A DNA stretch of 47,940 nucleotides from Octopus bimaculoides. Its lineage: Eukaryota. Below, one piece after another: positions 47,880 to 47,940 of this stretch (position 1 is the first letter of the stretch; each line of letters begins with the position of its first letter). The stretch spans positions 77,633,427-77,681,366 of the forward strand of contig NC_068982.1 in the NCBI RefSeq assembly GCF_001194135.2. Reading direction: 5' to 3'. The position numbers and the translations under genes were made by a program. The notes beneath the pieces are model-generated. The model ran no database searches and was not told where the DNA came from. It saw nothing but the letters and a program-made list of their open reading frames with translations.

Positions 47880-47880
<1 letters not shown>
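47608..47880. repeat. 273-bp spacer-less inverted repeat (palindrome)
   Basis: Arms 47608-47747 and 47748-47880, centre TAGAAAA|TTTTCTA; 3 substitutions and one 7-bp indel. Confidence 0.97.
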
Positions 47881-47910
<30 letters not shown>

Positions 47911-47940
47911 CTATCTATATATATATATTATATATGTATG

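Noticed and set aside
7747-47940. Canonical DAGLA first coding exon (MPG..FRRRW..GSDD..)
   Set aside because: A by-eye scan of the non-repeat minus-strand sequence found no match; it may lie outside the window, in a gap, or have been missed.

Overview
AT-rich eukaryotic genomic DNA, most likely a coleoid cephalopod (octopus); this is inferred from the recurring SINE/RTE families and dense microsatellites. Five assembly gaps lie at 1323-1605, 2332-2431, 6231-6790, 16151-16325 and 34343-34352. The only host-gene sequence I can support is one 212-bp internal coding exon of diacylglycerol lipase alpha (DAGLA, minus strand, 7535-7746), so the window is probably mostly intron. The rest is decayed mobile DNA: at least three RTE LINE families (one ending in a triple C2H2 zinc-finger array), Penelope-like fragments with degenerate hammerhead-type motifs, a restriction-like-endonuclease LINE remnant, a mariner remnant, Helitron Rep remnants, nested MITEs and three tRNA-derived SINE families. 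It ends in a 273-bp spacer-less palindrome. The most striking object is a complete but decayed 2196-bp Chapaev3-like DDE transposon (16812-19007). It has CACTGTG heptamer ends, asymmetric bipartite termini (6-nt vs 15-nt spacer before a shared A-rich block) and an apparent 5-bp target-site duplication, an end architecture reminiscent of Transib/RAG. Family names come from motif recall, not database searches, and most repeat boundaries are approximate.
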